Shown here: one piece after another, positions 26,512-39,579 of the stretch
Numbering within the stretch: position 1 is the first letter of the stretch
Layout: each line of letters starts with the position of its first letter
Source: Octopus bimaculoides
Lineage: Eukaryota
Assembly: GCF_001194135.2 (NCBI RefSeq)
Contig: NC_068992.1
Coordinates: 2,999,693 to 3,063,692, forward strand
Reading direction: 5' to 3'
Length of the DNA stretch: 64,000 nucleotides
Program-made: the position numbers and the translations under genes
The notes under the pieces: model-generated
The model's input: the letters and a program-made list of their open reading frames with translations, nothing else
The model's database searches: none
What the model was told of the DNA's origin: nothing

Positions 26512-26653
26512 GTAGTGATTAAGAGTGCGGGCTACTAACCCCAAGATTCTGAGTTCGATTTCAGGCAGTGACCTGAATAATAATAATAATACTAATAATA
26601 ATAACAGGGGAAAATACCTTAGGAATGAGAACCCAGGTTTGAAATTTCCCCAA

Positions 26654-26699
26654 GACACCTGATGAAGGCTGGAGGGTATATCAGCCGAAACGTTGGGTT
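26654..26699 (+). ncRNA. Minimal type I hammerhead ribozyme, core intact
   Basis: GACAC-CTGATGA-A-GGCTG-GAGGGTATAT-CAGCC-GAAAC-GTT-GGGTT. CUGAUGA and GAAA cores, 5-bp stem II, palindromic loopless stem III (AACGTT), GUU site, one mismatch in stem I. Confidence 0.8.
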
Positions 26700-27134
26700 A
26701 ACAACAAACAAGATGAGGACAAATATCCATCAAATGTAAATAATGTACATAATTCCTCATCTCTTAAATATAGAAATGTATACATATGCATGTCAGTTTT
26801 GTAGATACAAACAATTTTGTATGAAACTGTTCCGTCAACATTTTCCAAAGGCACTCATATTACTGAATACGTAACTGTAAATTCTGACGTGCTGCATGTA
26901 TTGTTTGTGTATTAGATTGGAAATGTGAGCTATGTGAACACGTGTGTATATGTGTGTGTGTGTGTATTATATTAAATGATGATGATATTTATGTACACAC
27001 CAACCCAAGCAAGCAGGCAACCAACTCAAACACCACACACATATATTTGTTTGCATGTGTGCACACACACACATGCACACATGTGTGTATGTGTGTGTGT
27101 GTGTTCGCGCGCATGTAAATGTATATAAATCCAA

Positions 27135-29050
27135 TCATCATCATTTGACATCGATTTTCCCATACTGGGATGGGTTGAGTGGTTTAACAGGACCCAGTCA
27201 ACCTGGGGGCTGCATTAGCCTTCAATATCTGCTTTGGCAGCATTTCTATGATTAGATGTCCTCCCTAGTGCCAACCACTTGGAAATTTACTGGGTCCTTT
27301 TTTTTCATGACATCAGCCAGTACCAGTGAGGTCACCAAGTAACTCGCAAGACAAGAGCACTTAATAGAGTGAAGATGCAGAATTGAGGGAGGTGGTTTCA
27401 TGTTAGATGTAGAGAGGCTGAAATATGAAAGAGTGACGGGGACAAGTGTCTTTGTTGTAGGGGAGATACATAGTTACCCCCTGCAGGAAGGAGAAAGGAT
27501 GGTGGTAATGAGGAATCAGGGCCTACCTGCAAGGTACAAGAAGTTGGACAGAGAAAGAATAGGGACTGAGAATCTTGCATGGCTGAGTGGGTAGGCAGGG
27601 GTGACAAGGATGAGGATTGAAGTGAAAGCCATGGATAGTGGATAATGATGGTGGCATGAACAATGGTAAGTCTCAGTTCAGAGAATAGAAGGAAAATAGG
27701 ATTTGGTCAGGGAGGGAGAGGTGATAGGTGGTAATTTTTAAAAAAAAGGGTTGAGGGTGGAGAACAACTGTGTAATAAAAACCTGTAGATAGATGAGAAA
27801 TTGGGAGATGAAGTGAGGTGGCTAGGGAGAGAGAGAGAGAGAGACAAAAGATGCACAACGACAGAGACAGGGGTCAGAAGTATATAGGGGTGGATATAGT
27901 GAGTTACTAAAAGGGGACATCAATCACAGTTATAAGAAGGTGTTCAGGAGAAAGGGGCAGCCGGAAAATAAGGTAGCATGGGATGATATTGGGAGAGTAA
28001 GGTATCATACCTACATTCAAACAGTCTGGAGTGCATTCTGTGTTAACATAAATTACTGCAATAGGTTATTTTTAGATAACCACAACCATTTATTTGTGTA
28101 ATACCATTTTACACCAGACGTGTTATAACATTTTTGTCAAAGTGGAAAGAGAAGAGAGATTGCTCGGAGCACAAAAAATGAAGAGCATGAACATGTACAT
28201 TTCTGATCTGATATAATTCTGTTAGAAGTGTGAGGGAAGTATGGCTGTTACAAAGATGAATTACTGGGAAGGCTTGACAAGTACAGATTGACTATGAGGC
28301 CCACAGACATAAATGACACGTTTTCATGACCTTGTTTTTGTTGAGATAGATGGGTCTTCTTGGACCACAGTGAATCACTATTCATCCCGGCCCTTTGCCA
28401 AATAGATTGTGAGGTTCAACAATCACAGATTGGTCTTCACTATTTCATTCCGTGTCTTCCTAGGTCTCCTACTTTTAGCAATTGGCACTTCTTTATGCAA
28501 CTGCCCTCCTTCACATGCATCAAATTCTCAAACCTGCAGTCTTCTCTCTTGCACACTACATTCAATGCCTCACCCAATTCTTCTCTCAACACATTTGCAT
28601 TGTCTTCTACAAGCACACTGATGTTTCCATATCCACTAGAGCATGATAGCTTCATTTATTTTCTAGTCTTTGCCTGTCCTTTGCATTCACAACCATATAG
28701 TGGTGCTGCTTATTCATGAGTACCATACTATCTCCCTTTCACCATGAAAAAGAAGTCTTTTGTTGCTAACTAAGGCAACAGCTGTCTTAACGTGGCTTGT
28801 ATTCTAGCGACTATCCTTTCAGAACATCCTCCTCCAATGATAATTAGGCTCACCCATGTGACAGAAATCGTTTACTACCTTTCCAAAGCCTTCTGGCCCA
28901 TGTGGGAAATAATGTCTCCCACATTTTCTAAGTGTTTACTGCTTCTTCATATTCTCCCCAAAAAATCTACTTTCTCTTTTAATCGTCCTTTGATCCCCCT
29001 GCATGTTTTGTGTGTCCATACTTTGCACTGCATACATTTCCATATATCAA
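27135..29050 (-). mobile_element. Old RTE LINE remnant (RT C-terminus plus long 3' region)
   Basis: 28440-28720 gives NAKDRQRLEN/NEAIML*W, GIECSVQERRL, EGSCIKKCQLLKV and RRPRKT across frameshifts. (CAT)n tail homologue at 27135. Continuity of the middle part is inferred. Confidence 0.6.
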
Positions 29051-29386
29051 TCAACCGGTCCATTTTCCTGGAATGATAAGTAAACAAACAAAGCTCCTAC
29101 GTTGAGTATGTGTGTTTGCAACACTCATGCTGCTTCTAATTCATATTTAAATTTATTCCCATGTATGTATCACCTGGGCATACCAGCAGATGGTTTTTAT
29201 ACCATTTTCCATATAGTCATGGACAGGATATTCAATTTGTCTCTGGTTTGGTTCAGGTACATGGTGTTGATAAGCCACAAAAAAGGTGAAACATCGATGC
29301 CCATCGCTCCTGAATAGGACTTGGGGTGAGTTGTATTACGTTCCTATGACTGTGGTGTTCTCACACCTGGTGCACCGAGTCAAATT

Positions 29387-29555
29387 GAAAAATACCTTAG
29401 GAACTAGAACCCAGGTTCGAAATTTCCCAAGACACCTGATGAAGGCTGTAAGGTATATCAGCCAAAACGTTGTGTTAACAACAAACAAGATGAGGACAAA
29501 TATCCATCAAATGTAAATAATGTAAATAATTCCTCATCTCTTAAATATAGAACAG
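29387..29555 (+). mobile_element. Solo 3' half of the hammerhead SINE family, copy D
   Basis: Colinear with 26630-26775. The hammerhead at 29431-29476 has G12>A (CAGCC-AAAAC). Confidence 0.9.
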
Positions 29556-30959
29556 TAGTTGATTCATTTGACAAAAAGTTCTTCAAGGCAGTGCCCCAGC
29601 ATGGCCACTGTCTTAATGACTGAAACAAATAAAAGATGCATTGAAATAGATAAAGAATAATGGAGTTGTTACTGGGAATTGATTTCGGTTTCTAGTTCTT
29701 CAACAATGCTGCTACTGATCTTCCACTAAACAAAGAATTTATACTAATTTTCTTAACATGATGCTATAATATGTCTCAAATAAAATTGGTTGCTTCATTG
29801 CAGCAATGATACCAATAGGTAAATTAATGGAATGCGAAATTTCAATTGTAGTCGTTATTGATGAGGATTTTACCAATTTATCATAGAATGTAAAGAGGTC
29901 ATTACGTAGCAAGATAAAGAAATTATTGTAAGATTACTTTGAGGTAAATTAAGGAAAGAAAATATCATGTAAAGAAAATTGTTTGCTGAACTTTTAGAAT
30001 TGGCTGATAAGCAGTTTATTATGGTGACTCACTAAGTTTACTAAATATACCAACAAGAATACATAAGAAATTTTTAATAATTGTATTTTCATAGAGAGTG
30101 GTGTTTCATAATGTTGGTGCTACTTCCACCCTGGGGAACAGCAAAAGATTCCCATATCAGTACTGGGAACAAAGTGGAAGGGAAATAGATACATCTGTAC
30201 ATCTTTTTTTTTTACATTGTACAGATGCATCTCTCACTTTTAAATATTAACTTTTAAAAATAGATTTAAATATATTATGATAAACTGGTCATTAGCCATA
30301 CGCATGTCAATGGTAATAACAAACTGCAAAATGTGAATAAATAAACAAAAGTTGGGTATTTTCAAACATGCAATAAAAATTATCAGTGCACTTGTAACAT
30401 TAGGTAACATCCTTGTGTGCATTTATATATAGACATATGAACTTGTGGTGTATTCAATTTTGCTGAATCCTAGGAAGGGAACACTGAAAGAATGTAAAAA
30501 GAAAGACAGCAATAATGATTGTGTGAGAAACACTGATATAAAAATTATAACAATGGTAGTTTTTTATGATATAATATCAGTGATATAAGAATTACAACAA
30601 TGGTAATATTTATGATATAAAAACAAGGATTAGAGCAATGAAGTAAAATAATAATAATCTTTCCTTTATTTTCTTCAGGGTTTGAAGAGATACAAAGAAT
30701 ACAAAACTTTCACTTGGGATTACAAACAAAGCGAATATAATGTTGGGTGTGAAAAAAAATCATTTTGAAGTATAAAAGAAGTGGGCGTGAATCATTTGAT
30801 ACATTATATAGAAGGATACACATGTATGCATATACATGGACATGTATAGGTACAACATATTTGTATTTAAACATACAGAACACTGTCCCCTTAACCTTTT
30901 TGAAACTGTGCTCAAATGCAGTCAAATGCACCAGTGAACATTTTCTTTTTTTTTTTTTT

Positions 30960-31450
30960 TTGAGACTTACAGTTGTAAAACACCAACATCTTGAGTGTAA
31001 GTTTTGTGTAATGTCTTTAAGTTTACTGGCAATCTGCTTGTTGTTTACATCCTGAACTTAACTGTTTTTGTGTTGTAAATCTTTTGGAAAGTCTGTTGCA
31101 TCTGAGATATGTAATTTTGTTTATTAATTATTTGATTTTTAAAGAATGGTGGAGCTTAGTTCATCTTTGGTCTTTTCATTTCTTTTGTTATTTTCTTGAG
31201 GAAGGATTTTGGAGATTATTCTCTCTTTTCTTTTCTATTTTCACCTATCTTTTGTAAGTATTTATCTGAAATTATTGCCATGATGAAGGATTGTTTTATA
31301 GGTTTATACTGTTAGAAGACAAGGTCATCTATTTGAAATACTAGCCACAAAGATATTTTGTATGCCATCCACAAATGTAACAACTAGGCTTTCTACCCTG
31401 TATCAGCTATCACATGCTTTTGGTATTGCTATCTTCCAGTAGGTAGAGTT
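30960..31450 (-). pseudogene. Second, more decayed Naiad-type Penelope-like fragment
   Basis: ASISNR, APPFFKN, TDFPKD and KIYNTKTVK occur in the expected order across frameshifts. Confidence 0.45.
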
Positions 31451-32530
31451 ATTGTGTGGTTTTGTGATTTTCAGACTTGCTTTCGATGCTTTTAAGGTAC
31501 AACAGATAGTACCATAACATTTTGCTTTTTACATTTGAGAGAATTTCTGATAAGTCTTGGACAACCTGTTGTATTACTTGATGTGAGAGAAATTTTAATT
31601 CTTTCCCACTTTTACATAAGCGGAGCTGCATAATTGTTCTCTATGCCTTCTCCTAGACAATCTCATGTGGTGAAGAAATGCTGTTGGTATATTTGGGGAT
31701 GGTCATTTCACCAATGAATGCTGTTGGATTTTATGAAATTCTTCCACTGACATTTCTCTTGTAACCATGATAGATCTAAAAATTCTGTTTGTTCATTTTG
31801 TGTTGAAGGAAGGTTTGCCTTCACACCACTACTCTCTGAATGGACTTCAATATTTGAAATCATACAAGAGTTACTACTACTGCTGTTGTTGTTTTTGTTG
31901 TCATTACTGTTACTGTTTGCAAGGGAACTTATTTGAGTATTTCAGATATATTCTTTTTTCGTTGTTCACTAAAATGTTCATTGCTTTCTTCCTCATGTAG
32001 ATTTAGTTGAGCATTTTGACTTTGTGTTGTTTTTGTTTTCTTGCCATTGTAGTGTTTAGTTCTGTAGAATAATTATAAGTGGTAGCTAATTTCACATGTA
32101 AAAATGTGAAGTTTGTCAAGCAAACGATTTTCCCTTTTTTTTTTTTTTATGCTATTGTTGTTGTCTGCGATGCACTTCTTTAGGCAAATATAACTCTTTT
32201 ACAGTTACTGCAATGGATAATTTGTCTTTAAGCCATCGTATCTCCATTATTTTAAAGAATCAGTAGGTATAATTAAGCTTTCTTAAATAACATAAATGAG
32301 TGGAACCTAATACTGAAAACTGCATCAAAATTGATTCAGCAGAAAAATATTTATGGGTGACAAACAGTCAAATTTGAGGATTATTACTGGGGCATTAAAC
32401 TGTAGTTATATTGTTATATTTGCATGTGCATCTCTCTATATGTATGTACACACACACACTCATAACTATGTTTGTGTGTTTTGTTTATGCTTGTATTCAC
32501 TCCTGTATACATACGTATGTATGTGTGTGC

Positions 32531-32570
<40 letters not shown>

Positions 32571-32991
32571 AGCTGTAATATTCGAGTAAACAAGTGACAG
32601 TCTGTATCAGCAATTAGTGAGTATAAACAGATGGAAAAAATTGAGACAAACCTGTCTAATACTTCATGGTTTTTCTTTTTTTTTTCCAAAAATTTCTGTG
32701 GAATTGTATGCATTCAACACTGAAGATTGCATTTAAGCTCCAAAAACAGTTTTTCAAAGTTTCAAGTACCCACCTCTCCAAATTTAGAATTTTCCACTTT
32801 TTTCTAAACACATGATAATTTCACTGGAAAAATTCAGTTTACAATTCTGCTGAAAAATTAGTTTCAAAATTTTGATTTTGCAGAATAGTTGATTTAAAAC
32901 ATTAAAATTTTGTCAAAAAAAATTATTTTTCAGAGATTTTACTGTCATTTTAAGCATGTCAAGTGATCATATTGGGAAAACATGTTTTCAG

Positions 32992-33117
32992 TCAAATACT
33001 CAGAGCATAAGAAGATGGTCAATACAGACAGACATGACCATGTCCTTACAGAAATTATCAAATGGATGGACCTGCAGAGAATTAAGACCAACAAACAGCA
33101 TCCATCACCACCTATGG
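32992..33117 (+). CDS. Candidate internal exon (phase 1-1, 126 nt), product unknown
   Basis: tttcag|...ATGG|gtatca. Open peptide KYSEHKKMVNTDRHDHVLTEIIKWMDLQRIKTNKQHPSPPM. The polypyrimidine tract is weak and I recognise no homology. Confidence 0.2.
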
Positions 33118-33929
33118 GTATCAGATTCCTTAGGGTTAAGCAATCCACTGCCCTGGTCTCACAGTTTTTTCTTTCAACTCCAAAAAAGGTGAAAGTCAAA
33201 GTTGGCATTGGTGAGATTTGAAATCAAGACCCCTGAGAGTTGGAAGAAATCCTGCCAGGCATTCTGTCCATCAACCTAAAGTGTAGTGTTTCCCCCCACC
33301 CCCACCCACTAAGTATTTCACTTCTGTTTGATGAAAAGTCATGTTATTTGCGTTTGTCTATAACATTTTTATTTCTCTATTGTTCTGCCATCATGTTTAT
33401 CATTTTCATGATTAGCATACCAACATAGGTTTCTTATCTTTATTATCTTGCCAGTTTTCCTTCATTCCCTTAGGTATACTGTGGGTGGTTTCACCTATAT
33501 AAATTATGGCTGCCTCCAAGCATTTCCTCTGGTATGTTACATGTTGATGGTATCTGAAGGGTTATATATTGCGAGGGTCATCTTATTATGTACATTTCTT
33601 TTATTGCAAGGCTGGTACAAGAAGGAGATTGTATATCATTACTTTTACATAAGTGTGCTATTAAATCATTTTTATGTTTTCAGATACAGCAGAGATTTTG
33701 TGGATTAAGTATTTTTTGACTGCAAATTTTTCATGATGTGAATGGTGGAGATGTGTTCTGTTGTTTATTGTTTTAAACAGAATTTAGTATGAAAGACAGA
33801 AAGCTTATTATTGGACTGTTTGGATGGGTAGGTGATGGTCAACTTCATACTTTGCAAAAGGAATGTTTTCCTTGGTACTCTTGACAGTTTCATTATTATC
33901 ATTATGTCATCTGCATATTGGTTGTGCAT

Positions 33930-34220
33930 CTATAGGTTTCTCTTCTAAGCCTTGTCTCTTTGTAATGGCATTCACCTGGGAGGGTTTGAGCTGGTTCCTA
34001 TTGGGTTCACTGCATCATGGGTCAAAGCAGTCCATGCATGTCTGTCAGCAGCCAATTCTGCAGCATGTTGAAGCCATTCCCGGTTCCAATGCCCAACGCC
34101 AAAGACTGAAAGCAAGCTCCATATCTACTTTGACTGTTGTGAGCCTTGTCTTCAGTTTACTGCCTCTCCAATTACGCCAACCCAGGAGAGGATCTAATGC
34201 TACTGCCTTCCGAATGAGTT
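33930..34220 (-). pseudogene. RTE-clade LINE C-terminal remnant
   Basis: HWNREWLQHAAELAADRHAWTALTHDAVN resembles the RTE C-terminal W...A.DR..W motif. Confidence 0.55.
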
Positions 34221-37200
34221 AATAATGAGGGGAGCATTGCAATGCATGACCAAATCACCATAGTCTCTTCATCAGAAGAGTTCCCTCAACAGGTGAGAGA
34301 CCACAGCAAACATCAAGTTGTCTTGTATCCCACCAAATCATGAAGGAGTTGGTAATATCTCCAGCATATCTGATGCTGATGGCTGCACCTTTTCTCTAGG
34401 GTGGACAGTTTGCTTTTAAATCTAAATATATGGCTTTTCAGTTTGGTTTTTATACTTTTTATACAGTATGTGCAATCCTCTTTCTCAACTGGTTGTGGTT
34501 CTCTGGCATTTCTTTAACATGCACTTGTGCTTTTGGGCAATCTGGCTTTTTTGGAATCATCATTATTTCTAATACTTTAAAGACTGACCCACCAGCACTA
34601 CCATTCAGAGTAGAGATAGGGATTTTGGTTAATGCTGTGGTTAGCGATAAGGTTGTTGAAGCTTATTCCTAGGTGGCAATATAAAGCTGTTGTGTGTTTG
34701 TCGCTGCTGCTGTTGTTGTTACTATTATAACTCTCATTGTTGCTTTTGTTTGTTGTTGTTATTCTTTTATATATACTAGCAAATCTACCCATCTACGATG
34801 GAGGCATAAAATGAGGGAGGGAAGTCATATCAGCAATATGTAAATGGACTTGATAGATTACTGGGTGATGTCTTAGAGAAATCACATTATCGTTAATGAT
34901 ACAGCATTCTAATGCAGCTATATGACAGGCATTTGCGACTAAGAGACATGTGATGATGATTTACTCCCGAACTGAAATAGGCTCCCTGCCTCTGTATCAT
35001 GAATAGTTATGTGGCCCACTCCTAAAGAAAGCCAGACTTTCCTTTGACCACTACATAAAAAGTATTTTTAGAGAATGTTATTTAGGTTTGCACTATTTTA
35101 CGCTTGTTTATACTCTTATACATTCCAAGTTCACAAATTTCTTTATTTAAATTATGAATCATATTCCTTTTGATAATATCAATATGATTATAAAACTTCT
35201 TTGTAAACAATATTTTCTGGTTGGTATGATAGACATGGCTGGCAAAACTTACTCTATGTTGAGCAAACATAGAAGAGCTTGTTTTGCACTTAGTTAAGGG
35301 AAATATAGTATCATTTGATGCAGGAAGAAGTTAGATTTCAATTTTACTTGTTTTCCTGAACAAAAGATATCAATCCTTTTGTGTTTATGCATTTGAGTAA
35401 AGTGGTTCTATTATTTAATATGACTAAGACTTGTCTGATTTTCTGTCTTACTTTTTCACTATTGTCTTCAGCACAACCTTAAATGCTGCAAATTTTCTTC
35501 TGGTTAAGATGCTTCAATTAGTGCCTTAATAATTACTGGCTTATATAACAAAAACTGGGCTTTGGTGGCATCTGTAATAATATTAGGCAAATTTTTGGTA
35601 AAATTCTGCTTGTGTCCATGTGTTTTTCTGTAAACAGTGTATTTGATAACACATTTTTGAACAGGAATTTAAGGCTACTCAATGGAGGTGTGTTGTAGAA
35701 GATTGTTGTATCTATGGTTGTGTTGTGTGTGGCAATTAGGCCATCAAATATATTAACATCGTCAGTTCCTTCAGTCCTCTGTTTGTTTTTATATGTGATG
35801 GTCACTTTAATACTTGACAAATGCAATTTCTAAAGATTGCAATTTCCCTGCATGAGAAGTAAATCTGTACGGAAAGTGTAGTATAGCTTTCATATCTTGG
35901 TTAATTCCCTGTCATGCACACACATACACTCACCACAAAAAAATGATGTTGTCAAGAAGTGAGACATTTCCAATATGGCTTGCCGAGAGTATACTTACTA
36001 CACATTTATGCCGTCTGCATTGAGTTAAAGCAAGCAAATATTTATTTCTATGTCATTAGGTTAGAAAAGTATTAATGGAGATTTTGTGTTGCATATATTC
36101 CAGGAGTCTGAGAATAGGTGATGTATCTGACAGTCTGATACATGGCTGAGTGGCTCAAAGAATTGTATGCCTTGAACTCAAAATCTTTTATTTATTAAGC
36201 TGAACATTTTCATGCTAGAGTAATTTGGAGAAGTATGGAAGAATACTTGAAAATGCCCCATGAAAGCGTGGAAAGCTAAATTTTAAAATGAACCAATTCA
36301 TATAAAATTAATTTTCTTTAATAGAATTACATTTGTGTGTTTCTGTTAAACTTGCAGACTAATGGTTCTGTGCCTTTGTTAGAAATATTAATAATAATAA
36401 TAACTAGGTTTCTTACTTCTACTTAGAGTAAAACCATAATATATACATGGTGTTAGGAAGGACATCATCAAAGTCACTTCAACCTGTTACAGTTTTGTCA
36501 GATGTTTGTGTGATATTATGATGATGCTCCAAGTAAAGACAATTCCCCTATAATCTATGCATAACCTGCTAAAGCCACTTCTCCAGTTAACCAAGCTTAC
36601 CTTTCTAATTTACCAAACCATTTTAATCTACTAAGAACATAGTGAATTGTTAAGCTTAGTTGAAATGTAAGAGAAGCATAAGTATGGTACATCTTTTATA
36701 TAGACCAATTTTTTTGATATCATATACATATAGTTTAACATTTCAATAATGAAATACTAATGATAAAAAAAAAATTTTAACTTCAGTGTTTATTTTAGCA
36801 GAACAGTAGTTCTAAAGAAATGATATATCTTAAATCCATTCAAACATTGGACGTCAAATAAAATATTCATTTCTACAAAAAGTAAAAGATTGCTGATAAT
36901 TTTAAAATATTAAAAAATATATATTAATCACACACATACTTTTCCAATAAAAGTAATGGGTTTATCCTTATTCTTTGAATAAAACACTGAGGTAAAAGCT
37001 ACAAATATTTTCTCAGTGATTAAATTCTAAACGATTGAAATGGTGATTACATTGAACAATATTTGTTGTTTATTCTTCCATTTAATTCTCTCGTTTTGTT
37101 TGTTTAGTCTCAAGTTTATTTCGAATGAAATTTATAAGAAAAATACAATGTTTCTTTCACTTTGTTCCAAACTGTAAACATGAAAAGACAATAATATATT

Positions 37201-37789
37201 GCTTGGTTACATTTTAGACACAAAAGCACCATCATTTTGCTATTAATACATTTATTGAATGTCTGACATCCTAAATTAAGTCTTTGAAAGTTGTAATTTC
37301 AGTTAATATCAGTAAATATCATTTAGGAATGCTACAAAATAACTTGTAATTTTCACTATGATATTCACACGGTAGTCTGGTAGAAAAGGGTGGATTCAAG
37401 GGAAAATATGAAACAAAATGTGTTAGATTTTGAAGAAAAGTGTGAATTCTGTAATAATATTAAAACTAATTTCACCTCAGCTATTGTCTTGATCAATTAA
37501 TAATGTCTGTATATTCTTCAATAATTGTTGGAATCTTTTGTAACAACATTTAGAAGCAAACGTGAATTAAACTTAAATGCCACTTCTTACTAGTACCAAG
37601 CTAGAATCCAGTAATCTTTAAAGATGACAATACACAGCTATTGACTAAAATAAAAAAGTTTAGGAGTTTGTTGTTTAGTTTGAAGTATGGTTAAGCTAAA
37701 TAAGTGGCTTTCAACGAGGGTCCATGTGGCCCTTAGATGGGGCCAAATAAGAATTTGTTGTTAAAATTTATGTGCATTAACTTGCTTCA

Positions 37790-38170
37790 TCATCATACAT
37801 CCACTTTCTATGCTGGCATGGGTTGGATGGTTTCACTGAGGACTGGTGAGCCAGAGGCTGCACCAGGCTCAATCTGTTCTGGCAAAGTTTCTAAAGCTGG
37901 ATGCCCTTCCTATAAAGCCAACTACGCCAAGATTGTGTTGGGTGCTACCTGCATGGGAGCCAGTCTGGTGGCACTGGCAACGACCATGCTCGAAAGTTGT
38001 TTCCCATGTGCCGGTAAGGAGACGCTGACAACAATAACGCACGAATGGTGCTTTTCACGTGTCACTGGCACGGGAGCCAATTTGTGGCCCTGGCAACGAT
38101 CACACTCAGATGTGCTTTAAACATTCCACTGGCATGAGTGTCAATCAGGTGGTAGTGTCATAGGCCATGT
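37790..38170 (-). mobile_element. RTE-associated retroposon 3' end
   Basis: catcatcat..atgctggcatgggttggatgg..ctaaagctggatgcccttcct. Confidence 0.8.
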
Positions 38171-38681
38171 CAGCATTCTATAATACAGAAAATAATTTAA
38201 TTTTTTTATAGTTTTTAATGATAGTTAATTATAAAAATATAGTTGAATTTATATATATATATACATACATATGTGCCACCCGCACAAGAGCCAGTCCAGG
38301 GGCCCTGGCCAAGTGAGATCGTTGCCAGGGCCCCTNNNNNNNNNNNNNNNNNNNNNNNNNNNNNNNNNNNNNNNNNNNNNNNNNNNNNNNNNNNNNNNNN
38401 NNNNNNNNNNNNNNNNNNNNNNNNNNNNNNNNNNNNNNNNNNNNNNNNNNNNNNNNNNNNNNNNNNNNNNNNNNNNNNNNNNNNNNNNNNNNNNNNNNNN
38501 NNNNNNNNNNNNNNNNNNNNNNNNNNNNNNNNNNNNNNNNNNNNNNNNNNNNNNNNNNNNNNNNNNNNNNNNNNNNNNNNNNNNNNNNNNNNNNNNNNNN
38601 NNNNNNNNNNNNNNNNNNNNNNNNNNNNNNNNNNNNNNNNNNNNNNNNNNNNNNNNNNNNNNNNNNNNNNNNNNNNNNNNN

Positions 38682-39375
38682 CATCTCTCCCCTCCCCCCT
38701 CCTGCTTCGACTTCTCTATGTCTCTTCACCTCTCATTTCTACTTCTCTTCACCCCTACTCTTTCTCTCCTCTCTTACTCTCTCTCACTCTCCTCTCTCTT
38801 CCTCTTTCTCCCCCTCCCATACCCACCTACCCCTTCATCGTCAACCCCCTCATAAGCTCATCCCACCACACCCCTACTCTACCTTCCCACTCCACCCCAT
38901 CCAATTCCTTACACCCACCACCCACATACCCCTACCTCTACCCCCACCTTCAGCCTAACCCACACTCCACCCCCACCTCCCATCACATCACACCATCACA
39001 CAACGCACACACTACAACTGACCAACTCCTTTCTCCCCTCCCCATTTTCACACATACATACGTCAAGATCACCAGCATTCTATCTCTCTCACACACAGCC
39101 CCTCGTTCTTCGATCACCGTTCTTTTTTCCCCTTTGTTAGCTCTCCTGTGTAAAATTTCTAACTTCCGGTCAGCCAATACTATGATTGACCGTTGACTGA
39201 ACACTATTCAATTTTTTTTCTCCGTGTTTTTCTCCTTGTCTCCGTATTCTTTCTGTTGAAGAGCGTAGCTCGAAACGTTAGACATTCCGTATTCCCGAGC
39301 GTCATACTAATACACCCTCTTGTTGTTTACACCACCTGTCCTCGTCTGTTGTTGTTTTTTCGTACATTCTCCCAT
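38682..39375 (+). mobile_element. Probable Penelope-like pLTR/3' region of a second family, with a hammerhead-like motif at 39248-39283
   Basis: A C-rich low-complexity tract precedes TCTTT-CTGTTGA-A-GAGC-GTA-GCTC-GAAAC-GTT-AGAC. The core differs at A6. Confidence 0.45.
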
Positions 39376-39546
39376 ATATGCATATATATGCATATATATA
39401 TGCATATATATATATATATATATGAATATATATGCATATATATNNNNNNNNNNTATATATATATACACACACACACATATATATATATCTATACATATGT
39501 GTATATACACATATGTATGTATATATATATGCATATATATATATGC

Positions 39547-39579
<33 letters not shown>

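Larger units (their letters stand above)
26268..26775. mobile_element. Palindromic hammerhead-bearing SINE-like element, copy B (best preserved)
   Basis: Arms ~26278-26501 and 26511-26746 around a 9-nt loop. 13-bp TSD ATGTATACATATG at 26255-26267 and 26776-26788. Confidence 0.95.

Noticed and set aside
30679-30746. Strong acceptor followed by GLKRYKEYKTFTWDYKQSEYNVG
   Set aside because: The donor is weak, the phase does not join the 32992 candidate and I recognise no homology. Kept only as a note.
34245-34280. CTGATGAAG on the minus strand with a possible short stem
   Set aside because: No GAAA follows the stem.
38950-38962. Telomere-like CCTAACCC
   Set aside because: A single unit with no array.
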